In this document: piece by piece, positions 18,339 to 26,770 of the stretch
How the letters are laid out: each line of letters starts with the position of its first letter
Position numbering within the stretch: position 1 is the first letter of the stretch
Origin: a virus
DNA length: 64,000 nucleotides
IMG/VR virus record: IMGVR_UViG_3300044527_000814
Coordinates: 7,650-71,649 of that record
Strand: one strand, 5' to 3'
Notes under the pieces: model-generated
Databases searched by the model: none
What the model was told of the DNA's origin: nothing
The model's input: only the letters and a program-made list of their open reading frames with translations
Position numbers and translations under genes: made by a program

Positions 18339-20588
18339 ATGCCCATGATGGACAACCCGAGCGGGCCTAAAAAGAAGAAGCCTACTAAGGCTCTTCGTGC
18401 GGCCCAGGCTCGCGCAAAGAAACTGTCTAACGAGGCCAAGAGGAAGTCGAAATCCCTCAAGGCTTTGCAGAAGCGCGTGAATGAAGCGGCGAAGCGCGCC
18501 AAGAAGCTTGCTGGGAAAAAGCCCACGAGCAAAAAGGGCGCTGCCCAGCCGAAGAAGACCAGCGCTTCACGCACTTCGCGTGGCATGTACGCGCAGTACT
18601 TGCCGACGCTTCCGAGGACCTACGGGAGCAACCTCCCGGACTGGGCCAAGGAGCTTGGCTACACCGGCTCGACGGTGCCGATCGTGTCGCTCCCGACGAC
18701 GCCCCGCATGGGCTTCGACGGCAAGGGCACCGGCTTCGTAATGTACGACAAGAACGGAAACCCAGTCCTCGACAAGGATGGCAATCCCAAGTACGAGCCG
18801 ATTCCTGCGTGGCAGCGCACGTACAGCATGGAGCTGTTCGGTCAGCCTGCTTCTGAAGCGCCGAAGAAAAAGGCGACCAAGAAGTCGGCGAAGGCGCAGT
18901 TCACCGAAATCCTTGGGCGCGCTGCCGAGGCGAAGGGGAAGTGGCTGTCTTTGGTCGCGGCTGGAGCGGACCAGGCGAAGCAGGATGCCGCCAAGAAGCG
19001 CTACGAAGACCTCGAAGCGCGAGTTGTGGAGAAAGAGCTGACGACTCTTCTCTATCAAGAAGCCCTCAAGGGCAAATCCACCAACGCCATCCTCAAGTCG
19101 GCGCGCGCCGCAGCGCGCGCAAAGATGGCTGGGGGAACTCCTCCCGCGGCGGTGCAAGCGGGAGTGCAGGCAGCCGCATCGGCCCCGCCCACGCCGCAGG
19201 CTGTTCAGCAGGCTGCGCAGGCGGCGGCGCCTACCGGCGGTCCTCCTGGTGCGAAGTGGACGATGCAGCGTGGTCCCGGTGGTCGCTTCGTCAAGAGGCA
19301 GGTCACCCCGAACGGCAACTACTACGATGATCTGGACATGAACCCCATGGTCATGGCCGCACCCGAAACCGTTTACGCGTACAGCCCTGCCGTCGGTAAG
19401 GATGGACGTCGTAAGGGATTCGAACTTCTCATGTCCGAAGCCGTCCCCGACAAGAACGGCCGTCTGCCCGCTGATGCGGTGACCGTGGTAGTGAGCCCGA
19501 CGGTTCAGTACGCGGTTCTGACGAAGGTCAAGGAAGTTCAAAAGGCAGTCAAGAAGAATGGTAGCGATTTCCTGGAGAGCAACATGGCAAAGCGTGGTAT
19601 GAAGCGTAACCCCCTCGGATCGGATCTCATGGAACTCGGCCGCCCCGTTCTTGGCGCGACCGCAGGCTTCGCGGCGTCGCGCGCGGTCAACGCGCTCGCG
19701 CTGTACGGGCTGTCGAAGACCCAGATGGACCTGTCCAGCGCGGGCGCGCAGATCGGCATCCGCGCGGCAGCCACCGCCGTCGGCGTGCTCGGCACCATGA
19801 CCTTGGGCAACAAGGTGGACATGATCCGCGACAATCGCACGTCGATCGTCACGGGCATGATCCTCAACGTTGCGGAGGTCGCCGTCCGCGCTCTGACGTC
19901 GGAGAAGCTCGCAGCCCCGGACGCGAACCCGTACCTCCGCAACCTCGCCCTCGGCGCGAGCTACTACGACATGTCGCACGCTGGCGCCCCGTACTCCCCG
20001 ATGATGGGCGAGTACGTGTCGCAGTCGCTGAACGGCATGGGCGAGTACGTGTCGCAGTCGCTTAACGGCGGCATGGGCTCGTACATCGCGCAGGCCGCGG
20101 CTGGCATGGGCGAGTACGTGTCGCAGTCGCTCAACGGCGGCGACGGCCTCGGTGAGTACGTCTCCCAGTCGCTCAACGGCCTTGGCGAGTACGCCGAGGG
20201 CGTTGATCCGAGTGACCAGGAGGGCGTCGACAGCATGATCAACAGCGCGGAGGCCGTCGCGGGTCTCAGCGGGACCGAGGTCATGGCGGCGACCGCTGGT
20301 CTTGGCGCGACCGAGGTCATGGCGGCGACGGCGGGCCTTGGCAACGTCCAGGGCATGAACCGCGGCATCGTCACCCGTCGCGGCATCTACAACTTCTTCA
20401 CGCAGCCCGTCTCGGCGAGCGGCGGTCGTCTCCCCACGGTCTCCATCGAAGACGCGCCGATGCCCGTCGTCGGCATGGGTCCGGCTCGTCCGGGTGCAGT
20501 GCCCATCGATGACCAGGTCGCGACCCCCGAGGGCCGTGGCTACGCTGGCGGCATCTTCGGCCGTCACATCTTCGGGACGATGGTCTGA
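18339..20588 (+). CDS. 749-aa putative scaffold/core precursor (basic N-terminus, hydrophobic middle, repeated GEYVSQSLNG)
   Basis: Lies immediately upstream of the putative capsid gene, has strongly biased codon use and many G[LM]G motifs. Confidence 0.75.
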   Translation: MPMMDNPSGPKKKKPTKALRAAQARAKKLSNEAKRKSKSLKALQKRVNEAAKRAKKLAGKKPTSKKGAAQPKKTSASRTSRGMYAQYLPTLPRTYGSNLPDWAKELGYTGSTVPIVSLPTTPRMGFDGKGTGFVMYDKNGNPVLDKDGNPKYEPIPAWQRTYSMELFGQPASEAPKKKATKKSAKAQFTEILGRAAEAKGKWLSLVAAGADQAKQDAAKKRYEDLEARVVEKELTTLLYQEALKGKSTNAILKSARAAARAKMAGGTPPAAVQAGVQAAASAPPTPQAVQQAAQAAAPTGGPPGAKWTMQRGPGGRFVKRQVTPNGNYYDDLDMNPMVMAAPETVYAYSPAVGKDGRRKGFELLMSEAVPDKNGRLPADAVTVVVSPTVQYAVLTKVKEVQKAVKKNGSDFLESNMAKRGMKRNPLGSDLMELGRPVLGATAGFAASRAVNALALYGLSKTQMDLSSAGAQIGIRAAATAVGVLGTMTLGNKVDMIRDNRTSIVTGMILNVAEVAVRALTSEKLAAPDANPYLRNLALGASYYDMSHAGAPYSPMMGEYVSQSLNGMGEYVSQSLNGGMGSYIAQAAAGMGEYVSQSLNGGDGLGEYVSQSLNGLGEYAEGVDPSDQEGVDSMINSAEAVAGLSGTEVMAATAGLGATEVMAATAGLGNVQGMNRGIVTRRGIYNFFTQPVSASGGRLPTVSIEDAPMPVVGMGPARPGAVPIDDQVATPEGRGYAGGIFGRHIFGTMV
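20005..20190 (+). repeat. 4 copies of GEYVSQSLNG-encoding repeat
   Basis: ggcgagtacgtgtcgcagtcgctNaacggc repeated; the 4th copy has synonymous changes. Confidence 0.9.
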
Positions 20589-20609
20589 TCACCATCAGGC
20601 TATCGAGAG

Positions 20610-20645
20610 AAGGCTGGTGACTCTTTGCGGATCACCGGCCTTTTC
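20610..20645 (+). terminator. putative intrinsic terminator
   Basis: Stem aaggctggtga / tcaccggcctt followed by a short T run. Confidence 0.5.
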
Positions 20646-20659
20646 CCGAGCCAACTTCA

Positions 20660-20680
20660 CTCAGCATGTGGTATGCTGAG
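20660..20680 (+). promoter_or_regulatory. extended -10 promoter candidate (TG-g-TATGCT) inside an inverted repeat, upstream of the capsid gene
   Basis: ctcagcat-gtggt-atgctgag palindrome; TATGCT at 20672-20677. Confidence 0.4.
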
Positions 20681-20737
20681 GCTGTTCGTCAGCTCACAAA
20701 AGACCTGAGAGATCCTCAGGCAGAGAGAGAGAAAGCA

Positions 20738-22216
20738 ATGCCCAAGATCGTCGGAACCCGCGAGCGCGTTCATCAGCCGTCAAATCTGTAGGGCGGCCTC
20801 CGCGAGTAATCGCGGATGGAAAATCGGGTGAATTAAACCGTTTCGTGATCCGACTTGCTCAAGGACGTCGACATTGCATGGCTGGCCGGGATCATTGACG
20901 GGGAAGGCTGCTTCTCCATCAAGAGACCGATTCCCAAGAGGAAAACTCCTCACCGGAAAACCAGCTACCAAGTGTGGGTCGTCCTCTGCAACACCTCCGA
21001 GTCAATGGTGAGGCGAGCAGAGAGCATCCTGAAAGACCTGGGAGTCGAGCATCAGCCGATTCGCAAAGTCTGGAAGGGTCAGAGAGCTACCAGGTGGCAG
21101 TTTTGGTTGCACGTCGCTAAGAAACACGACGTGCTCAGGTTGACGGAGGCACTTCTCCCTCACCTGACGGCAAAGAAGACCGAAGCCGAGATTGTTCAGT
21201 GGTATCTCTCGAAGTCGTGTCAGGTGGCGCAGTATCGGACCACAGAACTGGATGCACTGGTTCTTGATTCGATGTCGGCTATCAAGCGAAATGGCGGGGA
21301 AGCCCCTGCGGAGGTACAGAGCGTGCTCCGCGAGGTAATCCCGAGCCAAGCCAGACTTGGGCTCCCAAAAGGAGAGAGTCTGGAAGGCGTAGAGACTAGA
21401 TCGGTGAGTCCCAACGATAATCCGATCCACGAGTGCCCGACTTCCTCAGTCCATTGAGGAAGGTGATATAGTCCGACACTCCGGGGAAACCCGGAGAGCC
21501 AGCATAAACAGCTGGCGTAACTGAATGTCTACGATTCGCTCATCCGCGTGGATGGCTCCACCAACCTCCGCCAGACTCCGCAGAACGGCTTCGGCGCGAT
21601 CTCCGCGCGCACGCAGCTCTTCAGCCGTCAGGCCTCGGACATCGCGGTGACGAACCTGGCGACGCCGGGCCAGTTCACCTCGGACCAGACCTTCGTCACG
21701 CTCGCGATCCGCGTGTGGACGTATTTCCGCGTCAACTTCGAGGCGGAGATCCAGTCGGGCCAGCGTCTCCTGAGCCCGGAGAACCTGACGGACCGCGTCG
21801 CGCGCGTCCACAAGCTCTACCACCAGTCGCAGAACCAGCTGTTCTTCGACTTCACGGCTGGCGACAAGCCGCAGATCCAGCACTTCACGGCGTACACGCC
21901 GTTCGCGGGCGGCCTTGACGGCTTCTTCGCGGACAGCCGCCTGCCCCGTGCGAACAACGGCGTTCCGACGAGCGGTGCGCTTATGCGCCTCGCCCGTCCG
22001 ATCCTCATCCCGCCTCGTCAGGGCTTCCGCGTCTTCGCGACGATCTCGCCGATCGGCGAGCAGGTCGGCGCGTCGCTCACGGAGCAGCTGAACGGCCTCC
22101 GCGACGACAACAACGGCCCGTTCCCCATCTCGGGCGCGTCGGTCCAGGGCGCGGACAACATCGAGAAGGACATCAAGTACCTTATCGATGGTATCCACTC
22201 CCGCGACGTTCTCTGA
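20738..22216 (+). CDS. putative major capsid protein (jelly-roll type), spliced join(20738..20780,21528..22216), 243 aa
   Basis: Splicing gives MPKIVGTRERVHQP-F-YDSLIRVDG in frame with ORF 21548..22216. QPxYD and TNL...GQ...F motifs, beta-rich, very strong codon bias. The fold is inferred. Confidence 0.7.
20781..21527 (+). mobile_element. group I self-splicing intron, 747 nt
   Basis: 5' exon ends in U. P1: GCCGU pairs with GCGGC (20793-20797) with a U.G wobble. P10: GUAG (20788-20791) pairs with exon CUAC. Q-like aatcccgagccaag, R gtagagacta, S gatatagtcc. Terminal G at 21527. Confidence 0.92.
20855..21457 (+). CDS. intron-encoded single-motif LAGLIDADG homing endonuclease
   Basis: WLAGIIDGEGCF motif; ...LLPHLTAKK. 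Confidence 0.9.
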   Translation: MLKDVDIAWLAGIIDGEGCFSIKRPIPKRKTPHRKTSYQVWVVLCNTSESMVRRAESILKDLGVEHQPIRKVWKGQRATRWQFWLHVAKKHDVLRLTEALLPHLTAKKTEAEIVQWYLSKSCQVAQYRTTELDALVLDSMSAIKRNGGEAPAEVQSVLREVIPSQARLGLPKGESLEGVETRSVSPNDNPIHECPTSSVH

Positions 22217-22430
22217 TGGTTCTTGCTGGCTTTAGGGTCAGCATAGCCTAGGTCTCGGGGCGAGGCAACTCGCCCCGCGATCTCTGCCTCGAACCCCCGT
22301 CCGTTAGCTGCCCCGCATGCGGGCGGGGGTTCGGTGTAGAGATCGCGGGTAGTCCGCGAACCACCTGCACAGGTTTGCTGTGCGGCATGCACACGCAAAG
22401 GAACCCCGGCGAGAAGTTGGGGAACTGATG
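22217..22430 (+). ncRNA. structured intergenic RNA candidate after the capsid gene
   Basis: Several hairpins, including cggggcgag-GCAA-ctcgccccg and a long stem 22274-22349. Confidence 0.4.
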
Positions 22431-22450
22431 CTGTGCCAAGGAGATAGCGC

Positions 22451-23338
22451 ATGTCCGACGATATTCCGCTCAATGTTCCGCCTCAGGTCGCGTCGTTTCT
22501 TCGCAACCTGAACGACAAGCAGGCTCGCCAGCAGTCGCAGTTCGAGGCGCTCGCGAAGGCGTACCGCGAACTCCGCACGCGCTCGGAAGGCGACAAGCTG
22601 GAGATTCAGCGCCTGGGCGAGTGGGTTCGTAAGGCCGCCAGCCGCATCCGCTACATCGAGGACATCCCGGGCAAGCGCGTGCCCTACACGATGAACTTCG
22701 AGGTCAGCATCCCGTCGGTCGCGAACGCCTCGAACCCGGTCGGCGCCCGCATCCGCGCCCAGCAGCAGGTCTCGATGGACGGCCCCTTTGTCGGCACGAT
22801 GCTGATGGGCGCCTTCCGCATGCAGACGTTCAGCCTGGGTCCGGTTGAAGAGTACCCCAACCTCCCGCCCCTTGGCGAAGAGGTGCTCACGCCTCTCACC
22901 GGCCGCTTCCGCCCCGTCGCCTCGACGGCCGACGCCTTCCAGGGCGCGTACATCGGCCCCGGTGCGGGCGCTGCTGCTACTGACGTCAACACGTTCCGAC
23001 CCGGCGAGATTGACTTCCTCTGGGAGTACGCCGACGAGGGCACGGACCGCGAGCGGCAGAACCAGATCCCGACCCCGAGCCGGTATCTCTTCAGCGAGAA
23101 CGACCGTCCGTTCTACCTCGCCGTGAGCGATTTCTTCGAGCGCGGCTCGACCATCGCGTTCTACCTCACGCTGCTCCGCTCGGTCGGCCTCGCCGAGGTG
23201 AACTTCAGCAGCGGCTGGAACGGCATCACCGAGTCCCCGATCGCCCCTGTCGATCGCGTGCTCCTCGCGCTCGGTGGCACCGTTACGCTGTCGATCCACG
23301 GATACAAGATCCTCCAGGCGCAGTCTCCGGCCGTCTGA
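22451..23338 (+). CDS. putative second capsid (jelly-roll) protein with N-terminal coiled coil
   Basis: AAGGAG RBS. Beta-rich with VSMDGPFV and a terminal LSIHGYKI strand. Follows the MCP. Confidence 0.55.
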   Translation: MSDDIPLNVPPQVASFLRNLNDKQARQQSQFEALAKAYRELRTRSEGDKLEIQRLGEWVRKAASRIRYIEDIPGKRVPYTMNFEVSIPSVANASNPVGARIRAQQQVSMDGPFVGTMLMGAFRMQTFSLGPVEEYPNLPPLGEEVLTPLTGRFRPVASTADAFQGAYIGPGAGAAATDVNTFRPGEIDFLWEYADEGTDRERQNQIPTPSRYLFSENDRPFYLAVSDFFERGSTIAFYLTLLRSVGLAEVNFSSGWNGITESPIAPVDRVLLALGGTVTLSIHGYKILQAQSPAV

Positions 23339-23350
23339 TAGGCTGGCCGA

Positions 23351-24016
23351 ATGGACACTCGCTCCCAGCCTGGGTCACCACTCCCACAGGGGAGCCCAGA
23401 TGCGCACGCAACCAACGTGCGCGTCACGCAGGGCTTCTTTGCCCAACTGCCGCCAAATGCGATTGCCTATTTCAATAGGCAGTACATCTCGGAGTACCCG
23501 CGACCGATTCAGGTCGGTCCGGGGACGGCGTATCCGCGCAACGTGCCGATCCTTGACCTGACAGTGCCTGTCGGCAGCGTCATCGTCATTCGCGACGGCA
23601 TCTTCACGGCGTACCAGCAGAACGGCCTCGACATCAACGACACCGTGCCTGTCGACAACAGGCGTCTGCTCACGTACGTCGCGTTCGGGCTGGAGATCAA
23701 TGGCAAGGGCCAGACCGACAGCCAGAACAACGTCTACGGCACGGGCGGCCTGCTCGCGCGCGAGGCAGCTGGCGGCAACGTCACCGTCGGTCCGGGCGCA
23801 CAAGTCCCCTCAACGGTAAAGGTCTATGGCGGCAGTATCATCTCGGGTCCGCCCGGGACGTTCGCGCTCTACGCCATGCCGCAGCAGCGCATTCGCGCGT
23901 CTGCGTGGATCGTTCGGCCGCCGCCGTTTGAGATCCGTCGGTTCGGCTTTGACATGAGCGGCTTCCTGCTCTCGAAGGTCGGATTCGAGCGCTTCAAGCT
24001 CGGGTTCAATTACTGA
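23351..24016 (+). CDS. putative minor capsid/penton-like beta protein
   Basis: Beta-strand pattern (LTVPVGSVIVI...FDMSGFL) and position in the capsid cluster. Confidence 0.5.
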   Translation: MDTRSQPGSPLPQGSPDAHATNVRVTQGFFAQLPPNAIAYFNRQYISEYPRPIQVGPGTAYPRNVPILDLTVPVGSVIVIRDGIFTAYQQNGLDINDTVPVDNRRLLTYVAFGLEINGKGQTDSQNNVYGTGGLLAREAAGGNVTVGPGAQVPSTVKVYGGSIISGPPGTFALYAMPQQRIRASAWIVRPPPFEIRRFGFDMSGFLLSKVGFERFKLGFNY

Positions 24017-24029
24017 GGAGAACGTCCAT

Positions 24030-24163
24030 TACGCAAAGAGCCCAGGAGGGTGACTGTCGGCGGGGAGTCGAGACTCGGAAATAAATCCGCATATCGACAG
24101 GGCGGCCCGGCTTTCACGTACGAGTGGCCCCTTCGGCGCTCACCCTCGTGGGCTCTTTGCGTA
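24030..24163. repeat. 24-bp inverted repeat enclosing a structured 86-nt interior
   Basis: tacgcaaagagccca-g-gagggtga pairs with tcaccctc-g-tgggctctttgcgta (1 mismatch). Confidence 0.85.
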
Positions 24164-24179
24164 GCCTCAACCTTGCGGT

Positions 24180-24188
24180 TGTCTGACA
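24180..24188. promoter_or_regulatory. TGTCNGACA palindromic operator candidate
   Basis: TGTCTGACA ends about 20 nt upstream of ORF 24208; the motif recurs elsewhere. Confidence 0.6.
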
Positions 24189-24207
24189 CTTCAGGTAGCC
24201 TCGCCGG

Positions 24208-25212
24208 ATGACACGGGGCAACCTTCTTCAAAAATCAGACATCCAAAAACAGACTCGACGGAACGTGCTGGCGCTGTCGTACAACGGCAAGGTGAAGGCA
24301 CGCGTCGCGAGGCTGCACGGGCACGACGAGAACACGTTCTTCGTCGTGAACACCAACGCGATCCCCATCCCGGACGAGATCGAAGAGCTTGCGCAGCAGG
24401 CGGGCACCACCCTCGCGGGCAGCCCAACCGAGGACTCGTTCCGCAGGCTCGTTGCCGAAGCGATCATCGCGGAGGCAATCGAGCACGCGCCGGAGCACCT
24501 CTTCGAGATCACGGGGACCGCTTTTTCCTGGCCCGACTCGACTCTAGTCTCCCTGGAGAGAGACACCCGCGAACGCGAGGAGCGCGTAGAGAGCCTGATC
24601 CGCGAAATCCGGCTGAGGCTGCGAGCCAAGCTGTCCGAGCGCATCCCTGTGTTTGACTGGGTGCCGCCCAGCATGGACTACACGACGCCATCGCAGGAAC
24701 CTGCCGCGTCCGGGGCGACAAAGGCTTCCGCGAAGTCGGCCACCGCCGAGTCGCCAGCGGCTTCGGTCGAGCCTGAGCCAGAACTCGACTTCTCGGTACG
24801 CGACGAGGCCCTCCGGCCAAGCGATGCCGTGATCTCCAAGATCCGCGAGGCCGTCAAGGCCATCCGCGAGAAGGATGTCCCGCAGCGACTCCCCGCCGGA
24901 GCGCGCAAGGTCGTCGAGGCTGCGGCGCCAGGCATTCTTATCTGGTACGGAGGCCGAGCCATTCCGTGCCCTTCCCTTGGCGATGCCCTGACCGCTGGCC
25001 GAGCGCATGCGCTGAAAAAGTCAGCGACTGCCCAGAACTCACAGGATACCGTAGTCATCGACTGGGACGGAGAGCAGCCGGTGCTCGTCAGGCGGTTCAA
25101 GCCGGGGTCCGGTGCTACCACGTACCGCTGCGAGGACTTCGTGAAGCCTACCAAGAGCGAAGCGCATGAGGAGATGCCAGAGCAGGCGTCGCCTGCTGAG
25201 GTGACGCCATGA
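24208..25212 (+). CDS. hypothetical protein
   Basis: 334-aa ORF with GC3 bias, coupled to the next gene. Confidence 0.7.
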   Translation: MTRGNLLQKSDIQKQTRRNVLALSYNGKVKARVARLHGHDENTFFVVNTNAIPIPDEIEELAQQAGTTLAGSPTEDSFRRLVAEAIIAEAIEHAPEHLFEITGTAFSWPDSTLVSLERDTREREERVESLIREIRLRLRAKLSERIPVFDWVPPSMDYTTPSQEPAASGATKASAKSATAESPAASVEPEPELDFSVRDEALRPSDAVISKIREAVKAIREKDVPQRLPAGARKVVEAAAPGILIWYGGRAIPCPSLGDALTAGRAHALKKSATAQNSQDTVVIDWDGEQPVLVRRFKPGSGATTYRCEDFVKPTKSEAHEEMPEQASPAEVTP

Positions 25213-26129
25213 CGCGTGACCCTAAGCGCAACCCGCTGGCCGCCAAGCCGCCAGAGAGCTACCACCGACTCCGAAACGAAAGCGGATTTCGTAAGGTGCT
25301 TGGCCGCGCTCCGACCCCTGAGGACTACCAAGGGATTCACACCACGGATAGCAAGGCCGTCGCTGCCGCCTACGCTATTTCCGCGTGGACCTTGCGTGGA
25401 CAAGACCCCGACGATTTCCCTGTGGTCATACGCCTCGACACGACGGGCATTGCTCCGCTACCCGATGTCGATGCAATGCTGAGCGGTAGAGACCTCTACG
25501 ACTCCATTCTCGGCGAGGTGCAGGCCGCGCTTAGTCGCGGCGAGAGCGCCGCGCAGATCGAAGAGGACTTCGAAGAGTTCACGCTGGAGCCAGAGGTGGT
25601 CGGTCTCATCGGCACCGATCCTGCTGCCGTGATCTTCGACGAAGTGCAGATGTATCCAGGCAATCCGATCTCGCTGCTCTTGGAGTACGGGACCGGCACG
25701 GACCCCGTTCAGCGCTTCGCGACCACGGGCGAAGTCCCACCGGCGGCCCTGAGCGAGGTCGTGCGACAGCGCCGGTACATGCGCGACTTCGATCTCGACC
25801 GCGTCGCTGGCATCGACGCTGTGCAGCCGTGGTGGCCCGAAATCGTGAACGAGGACGACGAAGGCGACATCGAGAAGATCCGTGATGCGGGGTGGGATGC
25901 TATTACGTTTGACGACGCCGCCAGCGGAACCATCCGACCCAAGCTGAAGACTATCCACGGGAGCCCACGAGGCGGCGAATCCGACTATCACGGCACGACT
26001 GCCGCGATGGTGCGCGCGGCTTTTCCTGGAATTCGGCTCGGTCGAGGCTACCGATGGCAACCGCTTGACAGCATCAGGGTCAAGATGCGAGGCGCAGAGG
26101 TCAACGAAGACGACGAGGAGGACGCCTGA
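25209..26129 (+). CDS. ADP-ribosyltransferase-like protein with leader MTRDPKRNP
   Basis: GIHTT...AAAYA...VVIRL and YHGT motifs. Confidence 0.45.
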   Translation: MTRDPKRNPLAAKPPESYHRLRNESGFRKVLGRAPTPEDYQGIHTTDSKAVAAAYAISAWTLRGQDPDDFPVVIRLDTTGIAPLPDVDAMLSGRDLYDSILGEVQAALSRGESAAQIEEDFEEFTLEPEVVGLIGTDPAAVIFDEVQMYPGNPISLLLEYGTGTDPVQRFATTGEVPPAALSEVVRQRRYMRDFDLDRVAGIDAVQPWWPEIVNEDDEGDIEKIRDAGWDAITFDDAASGTIRPKLKTIHGSPRGGESDYHGTTAAMVRAAFPGIRLGRGYRWQPLDSIRVKMRGAEVNEDDEEDA

Positions 26130-26764
26130 TGCCGCCGCGCAAGACGCCGGGGCAGGCGTTCATGGACTCGCTGCTGGAGATGGGGATCGACTCGCTGCGA
26201 GAGACGATCCAGACGGCGTTCTCTGCCGAGCAGATGTTCCAGCCGCAGCCTTCGCACTTGCCACGATTCAACTGCAACGCGCCCGGGTGTCAGGCAACCA
26301 CCCAGAGCGCGTGCATGAGTTGCAAGCGCCCGTACTGCGCGAGGCACTCCGAGTGGCGCCGCGCCGACGGGTTTGTGATCTGCCACCGCTGCTTCCAATT
26401 CCTGTGGGCATCCGGCAAGGAAGCTGCTCACAGGGGATCATGGGACGCCTTTCAGCGCGCGAACGGACAGTACGCACGAGGCCCGATGCCACCGCCGGTG
26501 CAACCGGGGCCGCCTCCGCCTCCGCCTCCTCCTCCTCCGCAGCAGGCAGCGCCTCGTTCGCGCGAGCAGGCTCCGTGGGAGGTGCTCGGCATCGAGCCAG
26601 ACGCCACGGAAGAGCAGATCAAGAAGGCGTACAGGTCGGTTGCAGCGCGCTGTCACCCCGATGCAGTCCCCGCGGAGGAGCGCGATGCGGCAAAAGAAGC
26701 CTTCATCCGCGCATCGACAGCCTATGACGCTATGCTATCTGCGCTGAAGGCGTCACAAAGGTAG
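26129..26764 (+). CDS. Zn-finger + C-terminal J-domain protein
   Basis: CxxC/CxxH cluster, poly-Pro linker, PWEVLG...IKKAYR...HPD. Confidence 0.85.
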   Translation: MPPRKTPGQAFMDSLLEMGIDSLRETIQTAFSAEQMFQPQPSHLPRFNCNAPGCQATTQSACMSCKRPYCARHSEWRRADGFVICHRCFQFLWASGKEAAHRGSWDAFQRANGQYARGPMPPPVQPGPPPPPPPPPPQQAAPRSREQAPWEVLGIEPDATEEQIKKAYRSVAARCHPDAVPAEERDAAKEAFIRASTAYDAMLSALKASQR

Positions 26765-26770
26765 AGACCT

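Noticed and set aside
18567-20567. Long antisense ORFs (666 aa here; also 698..2218, 13561..15090, 56101..57117 and others)
   Set aside because: Shadow ORFs caused by high GC3 on the coding strand; no motifs or RBS.
21548-22216. Stand-alone 222-aa gene starting at GTG 21548
   Set aside because: No RBS; better explained as exon 2 of the spliced capsid gene.
22365-22430. c-di-GMP-I riboswitch or hammerhead (acgcaaag, ctgatg)
   Set aside because: Lacks the GGCAAAC/GNRA-receptor arrangement and the CUGANGA...GAAA core.
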